Shown in pieces: positions 62,541 to 64,000 of a DNA stretch of 64,000 bases (within the stretch, counting starts at the first letter, position 1; every line of letters starts with the position of its first letter). The position numbers were made by a program, and so were the translations under genes. The notes under the pieces are model-generated. The model did not search any database, was not told the DNA's origin, and saw only the letters and a program-made list of their open reading frames with translations. The DNA is taken from assembly GCA_963669175.1 (NCBI GenBank), contig OY769902.1, positions 2,272,001 to 2,336,000 on the forward strand. The letters run 5' to 3'. The DNA is from a bacterium. Lineage in GTDB: Bacteria; Electryoneota; Electryoneia; Electryoneales; Electryoneaceae.

Positions 62541-63998
62541 TTATTTGATCACCGCCTCCGGTTGATTCGGAACGGTGATCCGGAAGGTGGTGCCATGACC
62601 AACTTCACTATGTACAACGATAGTACCATGATGGTGTTCCACAATCCGACGTGCGATCGAGAGACCAAGCCCGGTACCATGACGTTTTTCAAATGTCGCG
62701 AACGGTTCAAATATTGTCAGCAGACGATCAACCGGGATACCAACTCCGGTATCAATCACTTCCAACGCCCAGCCGTTGAGCGCTTTCTGCGGCAGGAAGG
62801 TCAGCGTGCCGCCTTCCGGCATGGCATCAATAGCATTGCCGGCCAAGTTGTAAAGCACCCGGTAAAACTTCTCCTTGTCCAGCAGAATCGGATCAACCAT
62901 GATGTCGGTCTTGATATCAACCGTGATATTCCTGTCATCCAGTTCAGCGCGAAACTCTTCAATCACATTGTAGATCAATTCATTCAGGTCCGTCTCCGCG
63001 AATACCAGCCTCATCTCACCACGTGAGAATTCGAGTACTTCGCGTGACATCCCAACCAGCCGCTGGATCTGGTCCTGAATAGTACCGAGGTACTTCTCTG
63101 CTTTGACATCGGGATACAGCTTCCTGAGCAACTGGGTGTAACCATCAATGATGGTCATGGTGTTCTTGATGTCGTGAATGATCCCTGCCGCAAAGCGTCC
63201 CACAGCAGCCATTGCTTCTGAGCGCACCATTTTCTCCGCCACCTGGGCGCGTTCAATGGCAATAGATGCATGGGTAGAAAGGGCGGAGAGGAATTGTTCA
63301 TCCACATCGGTAAACGGTCCGGCATGTTTATTCATCAACTGCAGTACACCGATGATGGTCTGTTCATTTGTGATCATCGGCATGGTCAGCAGGTTGCGTG
63401 TACGTTGATGAGTCTGTTTATCGATCTCCGGGTTAAAACGCTCATCCTCGTAAGGATCTGAGATGTTCACATTCTGCCCGGTCTGGGCCACATACCCGGC
63501 GATTCCCTTTCCGATGGGGAGTCGGATTTCTTCAATCCGGGTGCCACGCAGGACACGGCTGTACAGTTCATTTCGTTCCGGGTCAACCAGGTAAATGGTG
63601 CCCTTTTCACATTCGCTATGTTTCGTTGCTTCACGAAGGATCAGGGACAACAGTTGATCCAGGTCCAGCGTGGAATTGAGCACATGGCTGATCTGGCTGA
63701 TGGCTTTCAGACGGTCAATGAACTTCTCTGCGTCCATTTTCGCACGCGCCAACTCATGAATCAGGTCCGAGTTGTTCGACTGCAATTCGCTGATCGCAAA
63801 GCGTGCGAGGTTCATTACAAACTGCGGCTCCTTCATGGACAGTTCATCGAACTCATCTTTTGGAAGGAGTCTGCCGGTGACATCCGTATCCGCTGTTACC
63901 TCGGCGTAATGTTTGCGCCGATCCAGCAGCGACATTTCACCAAGGTAGGTTCCGGCGCCACGCCGCAGACCGCCACGCACATCCGGATGACTTTGCAC
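62541..63998 (-). CDS. Sensor histidine kinase with cNMP-binding-like and GAF domains (5' truncated by window edge)
   Basis: LGEMSLL (cNMP-like), GAF GKGIAG..DERFN..D..T.N, H-box IIHDIKN, NAIDAM, GTGLGL. Confidence 0.9.
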   Translation of the reverse strand: MQSHPDVRGGLRRGAGTYLGEMSLLDRRKHYAEVTADTDVTGRLLPKDEFDELSMKEPQFVMNLARFAISELQSNNSDLIHELARAKMDAEKFIDRLKAISQISHVLNSTLDLDQLLSLILREATKHSECEKGTIYLVDPERNELYSRVLRGTRIEEIRLPIGKGIAGYVAQTGQNVNISDPYEDERFNPEIDKQTHQRTRNLLTMPMITNEQTIIGVLQLMNKHAGPFTDVDEQFLSALSTHASIAIERAQVAEKMVRSEAMAAVGRFAAGIIHDIKNTMTIIDGYTQLLRKLYPDVKAEKYLGTIQDQIQRLVGMSREVLEFSRGEMRLVFAETDLNELIYNVIEEFRAELDDRNITVDIKTDIMVDPILLDKEKFYRVLYNLAGNAIDAMPEGGTLTFLPQKALNGWALEVIDTGVGIPVDRLLTIFEPFATFEKRHGTGLGLSIARRIVEHHHGTIVVHSEVGHGTTFRITVPNQPEAVIK

Positions 63999-64000
63999 AA

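Overview
64 kb of bacterial chromosome, mostly mid-GC with AT-rich patches. Six cargo genes with T9SS-type C-terminal sorting domains and TAnnTTTG-like promoter motifs suggest an FCB-group lineage (inference). Housekeeping genes: pdxS, pdxT, rsgA, menA, pepA, panD, tgt, radA, meaB, menG/ubiE, M32 and tricorn peptidases, two histidine kinases, an NCS2 permease and a UbiA-DprE1-DprE2-like arabinofuranose-donor operon. An IS3 element splits one secreted-protein gene. The main candidate for a new system is a 1790-bp element (50985-52774) with 22-bp terminal inverted repeats and a 4-bp AATA target duplication. It encodes only two paralogous DUF1670-like proteins, has no recognisable transposase, and sits in a host stop codon that it regenerates. 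Also notable: two tandem lipoprotein serpins apparently lacking helix F, a mosaic of REP/REPIN-like intergenic modules, an A9 frameshift in a signal-peptide gene, a switchable fold in the pdxS leader, and an AT-rich island with a skew inversion. No CRISPR array, rRNA or tRNA was seen. All family assignments are by motif recognition, not database search.
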